Part shown: one piece after another, positions 21,501-30,362 of the stretch
How positions within the stretch are numbered: position 1 is the stretch's first letter
Layout of the letters: each line of letters starts with the position of its first letter
Made by a program: the position numbers and the translations under genes
From: a virus
Virus record (IMG/VR): IMGVR_UViG_3300026519_000009
Location: 1-64,000 of that record
DNA length: 64,000 bases
Reading direction: 5' to 3' (one strand)
Notes under the pieces: model-generated
Seen by the model: only the letters and a program-made list of their open reading frames with translations
What the model was told of the DNA's origin: nothing
Databases searched by the model: none

Positions 21501-23632
21501 AATCACCGGGTACATTCAATAACAAACTATACATTCGACATGATCTAGATGCAGATGCAATTGCAATTACTCATTTTAATAACACAACCAATTTATTAGA
21601 AACGTTGGTATTGGGGGTTGACTATAATATTATTAACAATAACATAATTGAATATATTATTGGACCACCAAGAGATTCAATTACAATCTGGGGAATGTTA
21701 CAGAATAATGATGCACAATCACCTGCACGAATTATTGATCACGCCTCGGAAACGCAAATTTCTCCCATTCAATTCTTTGATCCGGCACGGGGTATACATT
21801 ATTCTAATGCTATTCATAATATTGATTTGTTGAATGATACCGATCCCGCGCAATATACGAATACCATTAAAAATCAACCAATGGGTTCACCAGCAACCAC
21901 AGTTATAAATTCCACAATTTGGGAAAAATCATTTATTGGAACGACTTGGTGGAACACCAATAATTTAGACTATGTTCCTTATTATAGTAAAGAAATGCTA
22001 CCTAACACAACCGAACGATTCCGCAATTGGGGTGCGTTGGCTGATTGGTCAACCGTTTCCATATTTGAATGGGTTGAGTCAAACGTTCCACCGGATGAAT
22101 GGGATATTCTAGCGTTAAGTGAAGAAGGTGATTTATCAATACCAGAACACATACGCAAGTCAGGAACCGCTCGGCGCGTGTTATTTGAACAAAATAATGC
22201 AGGGGGTTTTATTGTTGCAGTTGATAAAATCGAAGAACAATATGTGGCGACTGAAGGAACAGAAACAGCAACCACGTTTGAATTTTCAGTTCCAGTTGGA
22301 AACTTTAAAGAAACGGGTAGTCCGCTCATGTATATTGTTGATGTATATATTAATGGAAAATTATATAAAGAGAATGATATCTTAACCTTTCCATATATTG
22401 TCGATAAGGTAAACATTAAAGAAGCCGATATTATTCACTTCGTTCAACCGATTCCAACCGATCAGACTATAATTGATGCTGAAATAATAGCGGGTAATAT
22501 GCGACAGGAGTATGAATTTTCCAGAATAACAACCTTTAATGAAATAGGCACGGAAGTAACAACATATTATTTTTGGGTAGAAAATAAGAAAACTAGACCC
22601 ATTAATCGGAATCGTTCAATGTCAATATCTGAGGCCGCAACCCAATTAATAGACATTCCTTCGGCACATATGTTTTTTCAAGAAGTACGACCGACCGAAA
22701 CAATAACATTGGATGATACAATACTACCACGAACCGAATTACATACGGTAATTGGTGGTAGTCCGATAGCTACCTTTTATCCGACAGATTTGCCAATTGC
22801 GTCAACCACCAATCTTTTAGTGGAAGTTAATGGCGTGGATTTACCGAATAATGGTATATATTTTACAGTGGGGGGGTCGCCCAATGGAATTACAATGATA
22901 AACCCACTCCCAAGTGGTAACAATTTAATGGCAGGTGACATTATACGCATATCATATAATGGAGTGAATACCAATTCACTAATATTACCATATCGTCAAA
23001 CCCAATGTATTATTCGTGGATTGCAAGGTATAGTGAATGCGGATCGTAGATATACTATTAGGTTCACGCGAGACTTCACTTTGCGTGATAACTTAACTAT
23101 TGTTGATAATGATGAACATATACAATTAAACAACGTACACGAAGAATGGAAGTTATTCAGGGAAAGTCAGCAATTTAACATTGATCGATATATGTGGGAT
23201 AATATAACGGAATCCATTGTTAAATTTAAGCTATTGCAACCAAGCGTGCGCGTTCCATCATTTGAGCGCGAATTATATGATTTACAATACAACACTGATA
23301 CACAATATGGTCTGGAAGACGGACAAGCCTTCGTAAATGGTGAGTTGGCGCTGGGTAGCGTATTGGGATATTTAAATGATCCAAATGTGGACTTTTCGCC
23401 AATAGATATTAATGCCTTTTTTAATAACAATAGTTTTGATACACCTGCTGAAATAATTATTGCGATGGATACTATATATAATACATTTTTATTCACCGAT
23501 GTGAATCGAATATTCTTCTCTGTGTTGGCTGATGCTTTTAGTACAAAATCTAAATACCCAGGATTGTTTAAAACATCAATGGTAAGTTTACATGGGGTGC
23601 AACCATTTCAAACCGCGTTATTTGATGATTAA
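12587..23632 (+). CDS. Giant virion structural (baseplate-associated) protein, 3681 aa
   Basis: Uninterrupted ORF with GTG start and GGAG RBS inside the baseplate cluster; repeated beta-rich modules. Confidence 0.8.
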   Translation: MPSDNKTDYMIKFMDLLELLPEPYQSDVNISVVNNLFNRFLTKKETVRVSGYIGVGNQNALTPRRIKENDIHRQAFQLQPILYDKIGTIEHMASWKDIQNETTRLGINIDDFATWGASETFNWVPPIDINKIINYRDYYWVDTVGSQPQYITVRSRCAVATSLANFWGQIITQYGELFPITEIREIDDTSALQTYSIVSINTGTGNVVITGDATTDIVNGNFFNISSTLNNNGTYQVNMAPVYDGVTNTTTLDVSGLIADENIGLVTLRRYDKLVIGPNDNTPTGDYSTLFEEGFVFFMRQPTNPEQNNQFVTVISSTFDPNNANTIVKIGLTTTDNTVAASSMVSLVEQNAIYVDARNCQCGVGVDGWDDGVLWDDNPSNPIWGDAEGALGSPIPDGISDYQNLINRISNAGPPALPGIQNELWFDTIGDILYQYDTVGGWKIIWNSFSTLLSDVTGQVLWDLSQNCDEAIRIPAMDQWILENKWVHKNDITNFASVRRATQPIIEYDWDLELNEWTFTKYRWGYRSETNGTFIETTELPPFIELEEIVWWELDTTDITNSTVILDSRYGDQSACFAANTRFHIGNTIINEVDYVEYKKPSIASMFPYRTYVKFKTPIVGSTGDFSIGTPNSLSLTPVVTKQGDLWGGYGVHWIFLGANDTVPVPHQTDNPDVAILDTALVSTIGSPPIYETRESLYAQEFQLLAPSTTILELSNIVPTNDTRSLQRKALYNFDDIRVYLSDITNGNIVRQFGTYEEIGEVVVDIIGIDDVLNEFIIGEDYSTLYTAGDTIRLQENNTVGTQDYTVAGGASNPNRIRVTTALAGISITGQIVNISNPVTTELYPNIDFVNTRNISIYVRGIRFLTPVLGGQNVTIEVGEASINELDRHALRVRTIEDEAQYNIVGDLAISTIKYRKVEQVKTSDNQYPLFDIFTATGEAANRANPIFGYKTSNTAPINQTGLRIVFDASTLVYEFDQFILDADNSELFAYRDYSNKKTDFWYNPETNEMLFWHGTEWSSRTAMSEHYRNAVISSIEPSLIDRAINGLYWYNTTTNTLFIRSIDPISNIGTWNPILDIDTTTTDTNLQTIWKGGLNNDQYVPERVDWLNRTNSEYNTEMSAFIDGRVNTLLTGDTTLSIADATTQASIDWFTSQENVLSPTGIWVGDWEIPDPLYHNNLHENKKCITSRDLLTHFTTIIESQPTIPGFNGDKNAMFNLIPTTGVNFALGGTIKEFNDGFDTFLSSTFVNNVTPRRLIEFAHDQYESLLNSIKESYRANAVRLFTDLSPNNIVNISGYISNEIIAIHELNDAAAFIYGDSTTFNDIPGANDLGVRNWIATLPYLRLLHRRLPVRIINEVLSLDEIIHHDGHRGAYSLTDTAENVIVQLIINTDDNRNGIDTLGRNSIANPPNNIADFAAEFNTDANNRGGVYWWNTTTSILYRYTVAESGTNTPILDYPDGTLWMDLTLGNEVLRIKSTSTSGVISWDVADGLSVGDGRFHNGTTVNDFNTATVSTWQEVNLNNLLGDLIFELETRLYNNAPNNPQLSYNTSLVETTYPNDHALYLEQAFLDHVSQLNIQTPYQNTAFNISDPFTWNYKHSAGGGGFAILEADGLTNSFLISGNQLFFFDPCSASATGSPITYPACVPGGTTATFYIKNSGGNDGIWTTLSSTVGDFTAFYDILTNTTRIFVQGNVMDDATGIIHIGLLPSQISSTTPNNLNDGSESGGDWRDLYTKLYNTPYPNLEPWKLQGYIDKPTWWDAEYLNTNALQWGDRVWKYKHGFELISADNLSNDSVDGIHGSFNISGNFNTVFTTGHSFTIDSSIGSPNNDGTYITGMREIITNVNIGSAGTASIEIDDVSNLATAIYLPSMIFSVIQTPVLPAINNTITKTYSITSVNKIGSIFTIAVAEEILVGDIIPATSVINGALYLPTSNITKVKIAGAVTTSSGNGRLIKSDSFGLGMWENIRIGVIPPNREYPNGIVGVTGNPSIDTLNGLSVPDLPRFSYFSVNIDNSNVSSDGGMTTYAPDGLLPPFWDHTQQFGTTLISFDNLIRTVFFNFSTEIITPNIDFIFGDAGPVEWEWRVSSQFLYDQLTIAYRIDPVRYVSSTFGFNLTTIAGLQIDRNIRNTPSHTRTTFHGDIANNTPVVSNGTNQWYVNFNRFTGYDSNFSDFNQLWTQWTAPLSYQFASFIDTPSLSIGHRFVSISEFDYNIAAKRSPGVNDYWLDAFNVNIIQIPFDIQRYDNQLEWRFELSTNINISREINYYDVRNYQFYANPITNECLLYTWEIESVNAFNKEFTILGDQTYVFSAGREFTISTSSGNDGTYTTTRARYDVNSNTTTITVNSIITSTVANGLITAKYRSYMWDTGDSIYLSTAETLPIPLRGDNANGLTEYFIIKISDTVFKIANTPQDAITNTPIVITSTGRRDQFVGEITSTFLAPNSTTNWRIYRIDESSSRKFNTPYQVQGFQTLIDIVRGYATFANDVGWVFNEDNSLRDPDTTRVVNWQVELERLITYAYGNRQLRRSINDRYEVSVNSSTDIWTFIEPNQSFITGDIITVLSSNSIFPVPIANGLNYFIIRDSITTFRISATRQDALNGIALNISASSGVGTLQISTPNTNANIIQPFELNAFRNAAWLNTPTGIVSNVITGPSEDIRTNQTIFNQNGQQISESHLRVYRQDKQTKIQIIDVDNPVSNNNNPLLSQEYSNINLGGLHLFTDSYEHIMIFNNYNTDGVLLYDPFIGLNVSKYEMLFNKQPEFLHRPSVGGYTIETFFNQGTNLTENIEASIENLRFAHDTYTNLESNLMTTHSRLSLGYEGITDYLLNLNLSEKSQFIFWRGLIQYKGSRNAVQAFTHSRRFIDAQIDDFWAIKVGEFGSVKEKEYPEIFVTTSDARSNELRLEFIDNDALDTSVESTFTPIKLSNEERWYNQPDQVHILRDKGNALFFDMIVNNSIVCSLTPGSPSNLIESPGTFNNKLYIRHDLDADAIAITHFNNTTNLLETLVLGVDYNIINNNIIEYIIGPPRDSITIWGMLQNNDAQSPARIIDHASETQISPIQFFDPARGIHYSNAIHNIDLLNDTDPAQYTNTIKNQPMGSPATTVINSTIWEKSFIGTTWWNTNNLDYVPYYSKEMLPNTTERFRNWGALADWSTVSIFEWVESNVPPDEWDILALSEEGDLSIPEHIRKSGTARRVLFEQNNAGGFIVAVDKIEEQYVATEGTETATTFEFSVPVGNFKETGSPLMYIVDVYINGKLYKENDILTFPYIVDKVNIKEADIIHFVQPIPTDQTIIDAEIIAGNMRQEYEFSRITTFNEIGTEVTTYYFWVENKKTRPINRNRSMSISEAATQLIDIPSAHMFFQEVRPTETITLDDTILPRTELHTVIGGSPIATFYPTDLPIASTTNLLVEVNGVDLPNNGIYFTVGGSPNGITMINPLPSGNNLMAGDIIRISYNGVNTNSLILPYRQTQCIIRGLQGIVNADRRYTIRFTRDFTLRDNLTIVDNDEHIQLNNVHEEWKLFRESQQFNIDRYMWDNITESIVKFKLLQPSVRVPSFERELYDLQYNTDTQYGLEDGQAFVNGELALGSVLGYLNDPNVDFSPIDINAFFNNNSFDTPAEIIIAMDTIYNTFLFTDVNRIFFSVLADAFSTKSKYPGLFKTSMVSLHGVQPFQTALFDD

Positions 23633-23698
23633 CCAAATAGCCGAAATGCCACCACCAATTCAGCAAGCCGAATTGGTGGTGGCATTTCGGAAAATTAG
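23633..23698. mobile_element. Palindromic mini-element with two left ends
   Basis: CCGAAATGCCACCACCAATT...AATTGGTGGTGGCATTTCGG, then AAAATTAG|ATAAATA. Confidence 0.8.
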
Positions 23699-23740
23699 AT
23701 AAATATAATATGCAACATATAAAATAACCGGATATTCTAA

Positions 23741-25759
23741 ATGACTGATAATATTAAAACATTAGACCCAGTACAGGGATTAATTGATTATGTAAATGAT
23801 GTAAAACCATTTCATACTAAAGTTATAGAAACGTTGGTAGAATATGTTGGGTTTGAATCGGTTAATACTACCATAAGTGAACAATACATAATGGAAATCG
23901 GGTTAAATTATGGATATAATACACCCATAAGCGAATGTATTAATGCGATAGACGGACAAACCATTATTAATACTACGATACCAGTTCGTTCCAATATTAC
24001 GTTTATTGGCAGCCCACCGCTGCAATTATATGATTTTAATGATACTATAGTGTATGTTAATGGCATATTACAAGCGGAGTCATTAGACGGTGGCAGCCCA
24101 CCCACGGGTGATTACACTATATCCGGTCCAAATCAAATAACGTTTACCAATCCTCTTATGGATGGTGATGAGGTAAAAATATATACGTTTACACATTTAC
24201 AACAAGCACCAGATCAATGCTTGTTGGGTGGGTATGGTACAAATGGATTTGACTTTCCAACTAATATTCCAGTATTGTCGCCTGATATGTCAATATCATT
24301 ACCGGCATTCCCAGCAATTAGCGCCAATACACTAATTGTGTTGGGTGATCAAACAAAATTATTCAATCCAAATAAAAATTTAACGTTTCAATTAAATAGC
24401 TATATTGAAAATCCAATACTTGGAACTATGGTTAGTGATGCTAGCAATACAGGTTCTTTTATTGTAATTAACGCAACGGTAACGCCACGCACACTGGTGA
24501 CAACAGAATATACTACCATAACACTTTCCGGTTTGACATTGATACCACCAGCAGTGCCCGCTGATCCAAATGAAAAATATGTTTCCATAATATCACTCGG
24601 CGGAATATCATATAACGGTATATTATCCTATAGTAATACCTTCGAGACAATAAATGCTGGTTCGCCACCGAATGAGGTACAAGTGCCGGACGAAGGGCAT
24701 ATATCCATACCTATTGTGGGTATTAATGGTGGTTCGCCCGGTTCGTTTGTAATATCTGGTGATTTTAGAGGGAGTAATCTATTTGAACAAGATACCTTTA
24801 TTGTATCAAACTCAATAGGTAATGATGGTACATATGTTATATCTAATATATCATATGATATGGTAATGAATGAAACAACATTAACCACCTCAAGTACTAT
24901 CACCGAGTTAACGATTAGTGGAAATATATCGTTAATAATACCGGCAAATGTATTTTTAATTTCAGGCGATTACACAGAATTTTTTAAACAAGGAACGGTA
25001 ATTCGTGTACTATCAGGGAGTGTAATTGGTATATACACAACATTAATATCCTTTTTCAACAATAACAAAACATACATTAGGGTATTTGAAGATATTATTA
25101 ATGATCCCGGCGCTGATATAATAGGAACAGTTACATCACCCGATGGAATTATAGTGAGCGGTGATCAATCAGGAACATATCTTACAGGTACCGCGTTTAA
25201 TATATCGTCATCGCTGTTAAATAATGGTAGCTTTACCACAACCACTAATTCTACATATGATATAATAAATGATGAAACTACAATCCTTGTCAATGAGGCG
25301 TTAGATACAACGGATATTACCGGGAATATCCATGAATTTATAAGCGGTAACTTAGAAATCCTATCACCAGGATTTGGACAAACTTCACTTATTTGCGAAG
25401 AACTTCCAGACACTTTAATTAAAATAGGATTCATCGATACTCTTACAGTACAAACTACAACGGGTGGATCACCAAGTATACCAATGTTTCAATATGTTAT
25501 TATAAATACGTCTAATACAATTGGAAGCCCAATAGGCGTGAATTCAATATCAGTGCATGGGGATGCAACAAATGACATTATTAATGGAAACACGATAACT
25601 ATTATACATTCTACTTTTTCACCAAGTAATGATGGAATATATACGATATCATCCAACCCAACATATAATATCGGTGAGAATTTTACAACGTTTAATGTGT
25701 TAGAAGGTATAAATAATGTAGGTAATTCAGGTGGTTGGATTGAAGGAATTTTGCAATAA
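23741..25759 (+). CDS. Virion structural protein
   Basis: IDYVNDVKPFHTK N-terminal motif; shares NDGTY modules with the giant protein. Confidence 0.7.
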   Translation: MTDNIKTLDPVQGLIDYVNDVKPFHTKVIETLVEYVGFESVNTTISEQYIMEIGLNYGYNTPISECINAIDGQTIINTTIPVRSNITFIGSPPLQLYDFNDTIVYVNGILQAESLDGGSPPTGDYTISGPNQITFTNPLMDGDEVKIYTFTHLQQAPDQCLLGGYGTNGFDFPTNIPVLSPDMSISLPAFPAISANTLIVLGDQTKLFNPNKNLTFQLNSYIENPILGTMVSDASNTGSFIVINATVTPRTLVTTEYTTITLSGLTLIPPAVPADPNEKYVSIISLGGISYNGILSYSNTFETINAGSPPNEVQVPDEGHISIPIVGINGGSPGSFVISGDFRGSNLFEQDTFIVSNSIGNDGTYVISNISYDMVMNETTLTTSSTITELTISGNISLIIPANVFLISGDYTEFFKQGTVIRVLSGSVIGIYTTLISFFNNNKTYIRVFEDIINDPGADIIGTVTSPDGIIVSGDQSGTYLTGTAFNISSSLLNNGSFTTTTNSTYDIINDETTILVNEALDTTDITGNIHEFISGNLEILSPGFGQTSLICEELPDTLIKIGFIDTLTVQTTTGGSPSIPMFQYVIINTSNTIGSPIGVNSISVHGDATNDIINGNTITIIHSTFSPSNDGIYTISSNPTYNIGENFTTFNVLEGINNVGNSGGWIEGILQ

Positions 25760-25769
25760 GGAATATAAT

Positions 25770-26003
25770 ATGGAACGATTTAATACAACAGATATTATTT
25801 TAGCATCGGTGCTTGACTTAGCAGGGGCTGAATTAATTGATATTGAAATAAACGGTAACAAGGGAACGTTTATTTTTTCAAACGTAAACGATGAACTTAT
25901 TTTCAAATATGACCTTGCCAAATGCATGGTTGAACCAATTGCGTTTAATAACAAAATAAAACAATTAACAACAAGCGTTCGTCGAAAATTAAAACGTAAA
26001 TAA
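25770..26003 (+). CDS. DUF5659-like small protein
   Basis: FNTTDIILASVL...VEPIAFNNKIKQL. Confidence 0.55.
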   Translation: MERFNTTDIILASVLDLAGAELIDIEINGNKGTFIFSNVNDELIFKYDLAKCMVEPIAFNNKIKQLTTSVRRKLKRK

Positions 26004-26096
26004 TTTTAAAAATGTTTAAGTAAGTCAATTCAAAAACACTTTTTATGGATTAAAAAAATCACATAAATATAATGAAATATAGGAGCGTTCGCCATA

Positions 26097-27284
26097 ATGC
26101 ACAGTAATATACCAGTTTTAATATCAGGACATGTCCTGATTGAAGATGATCTTGGAAACGTTTTGTTAGATAAAGAGAATGCCGTTCACCCACAAAATAT
26201 GTCAAGAATAATTGCACGTGCATTAAGTAACGAAAGTAATTTTCGCATTAATCGTATTGCATATGGGAACGGTGGGACAAATATAGATGCCGCATTTAAT
26301 ATCACATTTAACCCACCTAATGATGGCCAGCCACCCGATGTGCAAACGTGGGAATCCCGATTATACAACGAAACTTATTCCGAAATAGTAGATGATAGCA
26401 ATACAGCATTGTTGGGTACCGATCCAGGTAGTGCCGGTCCAAGCGTAGGAACACGTCCAGGAGGAGGGGCAAATCCAAGTGGTGACCCAGCATCAATCAC
26501 ACATGTTTCCGGCCCCGGAACACGAAGTAGGGAACTTGGTCTAACTTCTGAGGTTCTAATAGTATCAGTATTAAATCCATCCGAACCAACCGGTCAGTTT
26601 GCAAATGATCAAACATTAAGCAATATTAATTCACCGTTTACATTCGATGAATTGGCGCTATTTACAACTGGTCAACAAGCCGCCGCCTCATCCGGTTCAC
26701 AAGATATTGATGTTGGTAATAAAACTTCAACCGATCTTACTAATCTAGTAATGGGTACCACATATACCTTTCAAATCGCCGTAGATGCAGCTACCTCCGC
26801 GCCCATATCATATACCACAGTCTCATTAACACCACCAACCGCCACCACCACCTTCGGTGAACTATGCGAAGCATTAAATAATATTACGGGTGCTACAGGT
26901 ATTGCGTGGGGTGTATCAACACCACTACCCAGCTTAACCACTTGTTCAATTACAGATACAACATTTGGTACGTACCCATCAATTGAAGGGCTACAGACCT
27001 TTGGCTTTTTAAGGTTTACTAGTGGAACCGCTGGAAATACATCGAAAATTAGGGTTATTGGGGATGGTAGTCCTACCGATTTGTTCGTTGGTTTAGCAGG
27101 CACAGTGGTAACACCAGCAGCCGATGGAAATGATAAGGGTGTTCAAAATAACGCAACCAATCCATCAACAGAACAAGAGCGAATGTTAACACATTTAATA
27201 TTCGCACCTATAATTAAGGCGGCCAATAGAACACTTACGATAACGTATACACTCACGGTTGCGGTTGGACGAACGCAAACCTAA
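26097..27284 (+). CDS. Virion structural (baseplate/tail) protein
   Basis: ISGHVLIEDD...KENAVH; FDELALF; MLTHLIFAPIIKAANRTLTITYTL; ATAAATA upstream. Confidence 0.7.
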   Translation: MHSNIPVLISGHVLIEDDLGNVLLDKENAVHPQNMSRIIARALSNESNFRINRIAYGNGGTNIDAAFNITFNPPNDGQPPDVQTWESRLYNETYSEIVDDSNTALLGTDPGSAGPSVGTRPGGGANPSGDPASITHVSGPGTRSRELGLTSEVLIVSVLNPSEPTGQFANDQTLSNINSPFTFDELALFTTGQQAAASSGSQDIDVGNKTSTDLTNLVMGTTYTFQIAVDAATSAPISYTTVSLTPPTATTTFGELCEALNNITGATGIAWGVSTPLPSLTTCSITDTTFGTYPSIEGLQTFGFLRFTSGTAGNTSKIRVIGDGSPTDLFVGLAGTVVTPAADGNDKGVQNNATNPSTEQERMLTHLIFAPIIKAANRTLTITYTLTVAVGRTQT

Positions 27285-27307
27285 ATTCGCAGTGATATGG
27301 AACAGAT

Positions 27308-27367
27308 TTGAAGCGAGCACTTCCAATTCGGTAAGCTGAATTTGGTTGTGCTCGCCCGGTAATTTAG
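27308..27367 (-). mobile_element. Palindromic mini-element copy
   Basis: TTGAAGCGAGCACTTCCAATT...GCTGAATTTGG...AATTTAG|ATAAT. Confidence 0.7.
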
Positions 27368-27385
27368 ATAATGCGTTAGCAATCG

Positions 27386-27580
27386 CTATTTCAACAATGC
27401 GTTGTGAATTGTTTTGGCAGTAGTATATCCATCTACCCATTTATCGAATAAATCACGTTCCGAGCAGCAATTATATATATTACATGATAAACCATGTTCT
27501 TCAAAAAAAGCAACCCACCCAAGATTATAAGCATGTTCTTCTGGTGTTGGTGTAATCGGTTCATTATTTAAACTATTCAT
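27386..27580 (-). CDS. Rmf/CrpP-fold-like small protein
   Basis: AYNLGWVAF...CNIY...KWVDGY resembles the Rmf pattern AxxxGxxA...CPY...WxxGW. Confidence 0.45.
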   Translation of the reverse strand: MNSLNNEPITPTPEEHAYNLGWVAFFEEHGLSCNIYNCCSERDLFDKWVDGYTTAKTIHNALLK

Positions 27581-28539
27581 GCGCATATCTCACTGACTGA
27601 TGTTCCTAAATGGATTCTCCTTATTGTTTCCGCTAACAAAGAGGCAATTGATATCACCCGAACTTTAGACTGTGAATCAATATCAATATTTAATATAGTA
27701 TCAGTTATTACTACTTCTGACAATATCGAATTTTCGATATTATCGAACGCACTACCCGATAACACTCCATGCGTGGCATATGCACACACCGATGCAGCGC
27801 CCTTTTCATGTAATGCGGCTGCCGCTTTCACAAGCGTACCTGCGGTATCTACAATATCATCTACAATGATACAGTCCTTACCTTGAACATCGCCGATTAC
27901 ATTCATAACCTGCGACACATTTGGTGATGGTCTGCGTTTATCTATTATGGATAAATCCGCATCATTTATTTGCTTAGCAATAAATCGGGCACGCGCTACG
28001 CCACCTGTGTCAGGACTAACAATAACCACATTATTAATATTAGCTTGATACTTTCGCCAGATATCACCAACAATAATTGGCATTGCGGAAATATTGGTTA
28101 CTGGTATGGAGAAAAAACCTTGTTGTTGTTCCGAATGTAAATCAACTACAACAAGTTGCGATATGCCGGATGATTCAATTAAGTCCGCTACTAGTTTTGA
28201 TGTTATGGCTACCCTACTATAACTCGGACGACGATCTTGCCTTGAATATCCATAATATGGAACAACACCTATGATATCACTAGCTCCTGAACGTTTGGCA
28301 GCATCCGCGATTATAAGCAGTTCCATTATATTATCATTAGCAGGGGCACTTGTCGGTTGGATAATAAAAACAGATTGTTTTCGAACTGGCTCATTCAATT
28401 CAACACACGTTTCATTATCACTGAAAGAACTAACATCTATTTTACCAAGTCGATGTTGTAATGTCGCTGCAATATTAGTAGATAGTGCAATATTTGCAGT
28501 TCCTGAAAAAATAATGGTATTTGTTAAATCCTTATTCAT
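27577..28539 (-). CDS. prs: Ribose-phosphate pyrophosphokinase
   Basis: PYYGYSRQDRR, DLHSEQQQGFF, VSPDTGGVARAR, IVDDIVDTAGTL. Confidence 0.97.
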   Translation of the reverse strand: MNKDLTNTIIFSGTANIALSTNIAATLQHRLGKIDVSSFSDNETCVELNEPVRKQSVFIIQPTSAPANDNIMELLIIADAAKRSGASDIIGVVPYYGYSRQDRRPSYSRVAITSKLVADLIESSGISQLVVVDLHSEQQQGFFSIPVTNISAMPIIVGDIWRKYQANINNVVIVSPDTGGVARARFIAKQINDADLSIIDKRRPSPNVSQVMNVIGDVQGKDCIIVDDIVDTAGTLVKAAAALHEKGAASVCAYATHGVLSGSAFDNIENSILSEVVITDTILNIDIDSQSKVRVISIASLLAETIRRIHLGTSVSEICA

Positions 28540-28563
28540 TATAGCACTTTTGTTTCAAATATA

Positions 28564-29238
28564 TCAATTTTCATCATTTTCACCATTCATTATGTTTTCT
28601 ATTATTAAATCAAGTACCGAACTAATTTCGGTACGCACATCCTCAATTGAACCGGTTGCATCAATAACATGATATCGGTCGGTGTTTGCTGCTGCACGAC
28701 TGAGGTATGTGGTTCTAACACGTTCAATAAAGTCGGTTGGTTCGCGTTCAATACGATCCTTTTCCTCTTCCACTCTGCGCACCTGTCTAACGCTGGCAGG
28801 TAAATCCATAATAAAAGTAAGGTCTGGGCGTAATTCACCAAGCACCCAATCTTCTAACAACGCAATTCTATTATGTGGAATCCCGCGCCCACCACCTTGA
28901 TATGCATATGTAGAATCGGTGAATCTGTCACATAACACCCAGTCGCCCATAGATAATGTTGGTTCAATTACGCTTTGAATATGTTGCGCCCTCGCTGCAA
29001 ACAACATTAATAATTCGGCATCATTTACAATATTAGGTTGATCAGCGTTTAGTAGTATTGCCCGCAACTGTTCACCTAACAGTGTTCCACCTGGTTCACG
29101 GGTATGCCTTATATTAATTCCCATAGGCGCTAAGCGGGCCGATAAATATTCTATAGCATATCCCATTTGTGTACTTTTACCACCACCATCCCCGCCATCT
29201 ATCGTTATAAACATACCACGCTTAATTGTACTATTCAT
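28564..29238 (-). CDS. tmk: Thymidylate (dTMP) kinase
   Basis: GGDGGGKST P-loop, TREPGGT, DRFTDSTYAYQGGGRG. Confidence 0.95.
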   Translation of the reverse strand: MNSTIKRGMFITIDGGDGGGKSTQMGYAIEYLSARLAPMGINIRHTREPGGTLLGEQLRAILLNADQPNIVNDAELLMLFAARAQHIQSVIEPTLSMGDWVLCDRFTDSTYAYQGGGRGIPHNRIALLEDWVLGELRPDLTFIMDLPASVRQVRRVEEEKDRIEREPTDFIERVRTTYLSRAAANTDRYHVIDATGSIEDVRTEISSVLDLIIENIMNGENDEN

Positions 29239-30353
29239 AAACTTAATTCATCCAAAATTGTTTTGTCCACATCTTGTTTTATGTCAGAAATCAAATATGA
29301 AGATAATTCCACTTCTTGTGGTGCCACTTGTACATCACCACCACTAATCCACTGCTTAGTCCATGGTAAAGGATTAGAAGTTGGGTGTTCAAAATCCACA
29401 TCAATTCCAACCGAACGCATTCTTCTACTAGCAATGTATTCAATATATTGTCCAAGAATTTCTTCACTGAGACCAATCATAGATCCATACTTAAATAAAT
29501 ATCGCGCCCAATCCTTTTCTTGTGTAATTGCGTCATGAAACATTTCCAGAACATCATTATAACATTCCTGTTTTATTTTTACAAAATCTTTATCGTCTTT
29601 AGGTAATGTTCTTAAAAAATATTGGGTTGACCCAAGGTGAATATTTTCATCACGGCATATTAGCTTAATTTCTTTTGCATTTCCTTCCATTAATTTTAAT
29701 TCAGAAAAGTTCCAAGAACAAGCAAATGATACATAAAAACGAATACCTTCTAAAATATTAGCACTATTCATTGCCAACCAAAAAGCTTTTTTATGCTCAT
29801 ACTCATCATATTTAAGTTTATCAATAATACCACACCGGGAAGCATCGCGTAGGGTATTATGATATGCGAGAATATTATAATATTTAGATATAGATTCAAT
29901 AAAGGTTGTTATTTCTGGAATCTTCATGATGTTATCAAAAACTTCGGAAGGGTTTGAATATATATTCTTAATTATATGGGTATACGCCCGACTATGTATC
30001 GTTTCATTTGCCCCCCAAGTTTCAATCCATACCTCAACTTCAGGAAGACTGGCTAATGGAAGAAACACTAAGTTTGGACCACGGCCATTTACCGTATCTG
30101 CCGCAATCTGTCTAAATAAATTACTGGTAAATATATGTTGTTGTTCTTGTGGTAAACTATGAAAATCGCGCTTATCCTTTGTTAAATCGAGTTCCTCTGG
30201 TCGCCAAAAAAAGGAAAGTTGGGTATTCGTAAAATTGTCAAATTGTGAATATTTTACTTCTTCATATCTTGCAATTTGTGGCCCACCATTTTCATCAAAA
30301 AACATTTTTGATTTTAAATGGTGTGTAGCCTTATGATTAAATACTTTATCCAT
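29235..30353 (-). CDS. nrdB: Ribonucleotide reductase class Ia beta subunit
   Basis: FFWRPEE, ETIHSRAY, LEGIRFYVSFAC, DENIH, VQVAPQE. Confidence 0.97.
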   Translation of the reverse strand: MDKVFNHKATHHLKSKMFFDENGGPQIARYEEVKYSQFDNFTNTQLSFFWRPEELDLTKDKRDFHSLPQEQQHIFTSNLFRQIAADTVNGRGPNLVFLPLASLPEVEVWIETWGANETIHSRAYTHIIKNIYSNPSEVFDNIMKIPEITTFIESISKYYNILAYHNTLRDASRCGIIDKLKYDEYEHKKAFWLAMNSANILEGIRFYVSFACSWNFSELKLMEGNAKEIKLICRDENIHLGSTQYFLRTLPKDDKDFVKIKQECYNDVLEMFHDAITQEKDWARYLFKYGSMIGLSEEILGQYIEYIASRRMRSVGIDVDFEHPTSNPLPWTKQWISGGDVQVAPQEVELSSYLISDIKQDVDKTILDELSL

Positions 30354-30362
30354 TATGATTTA

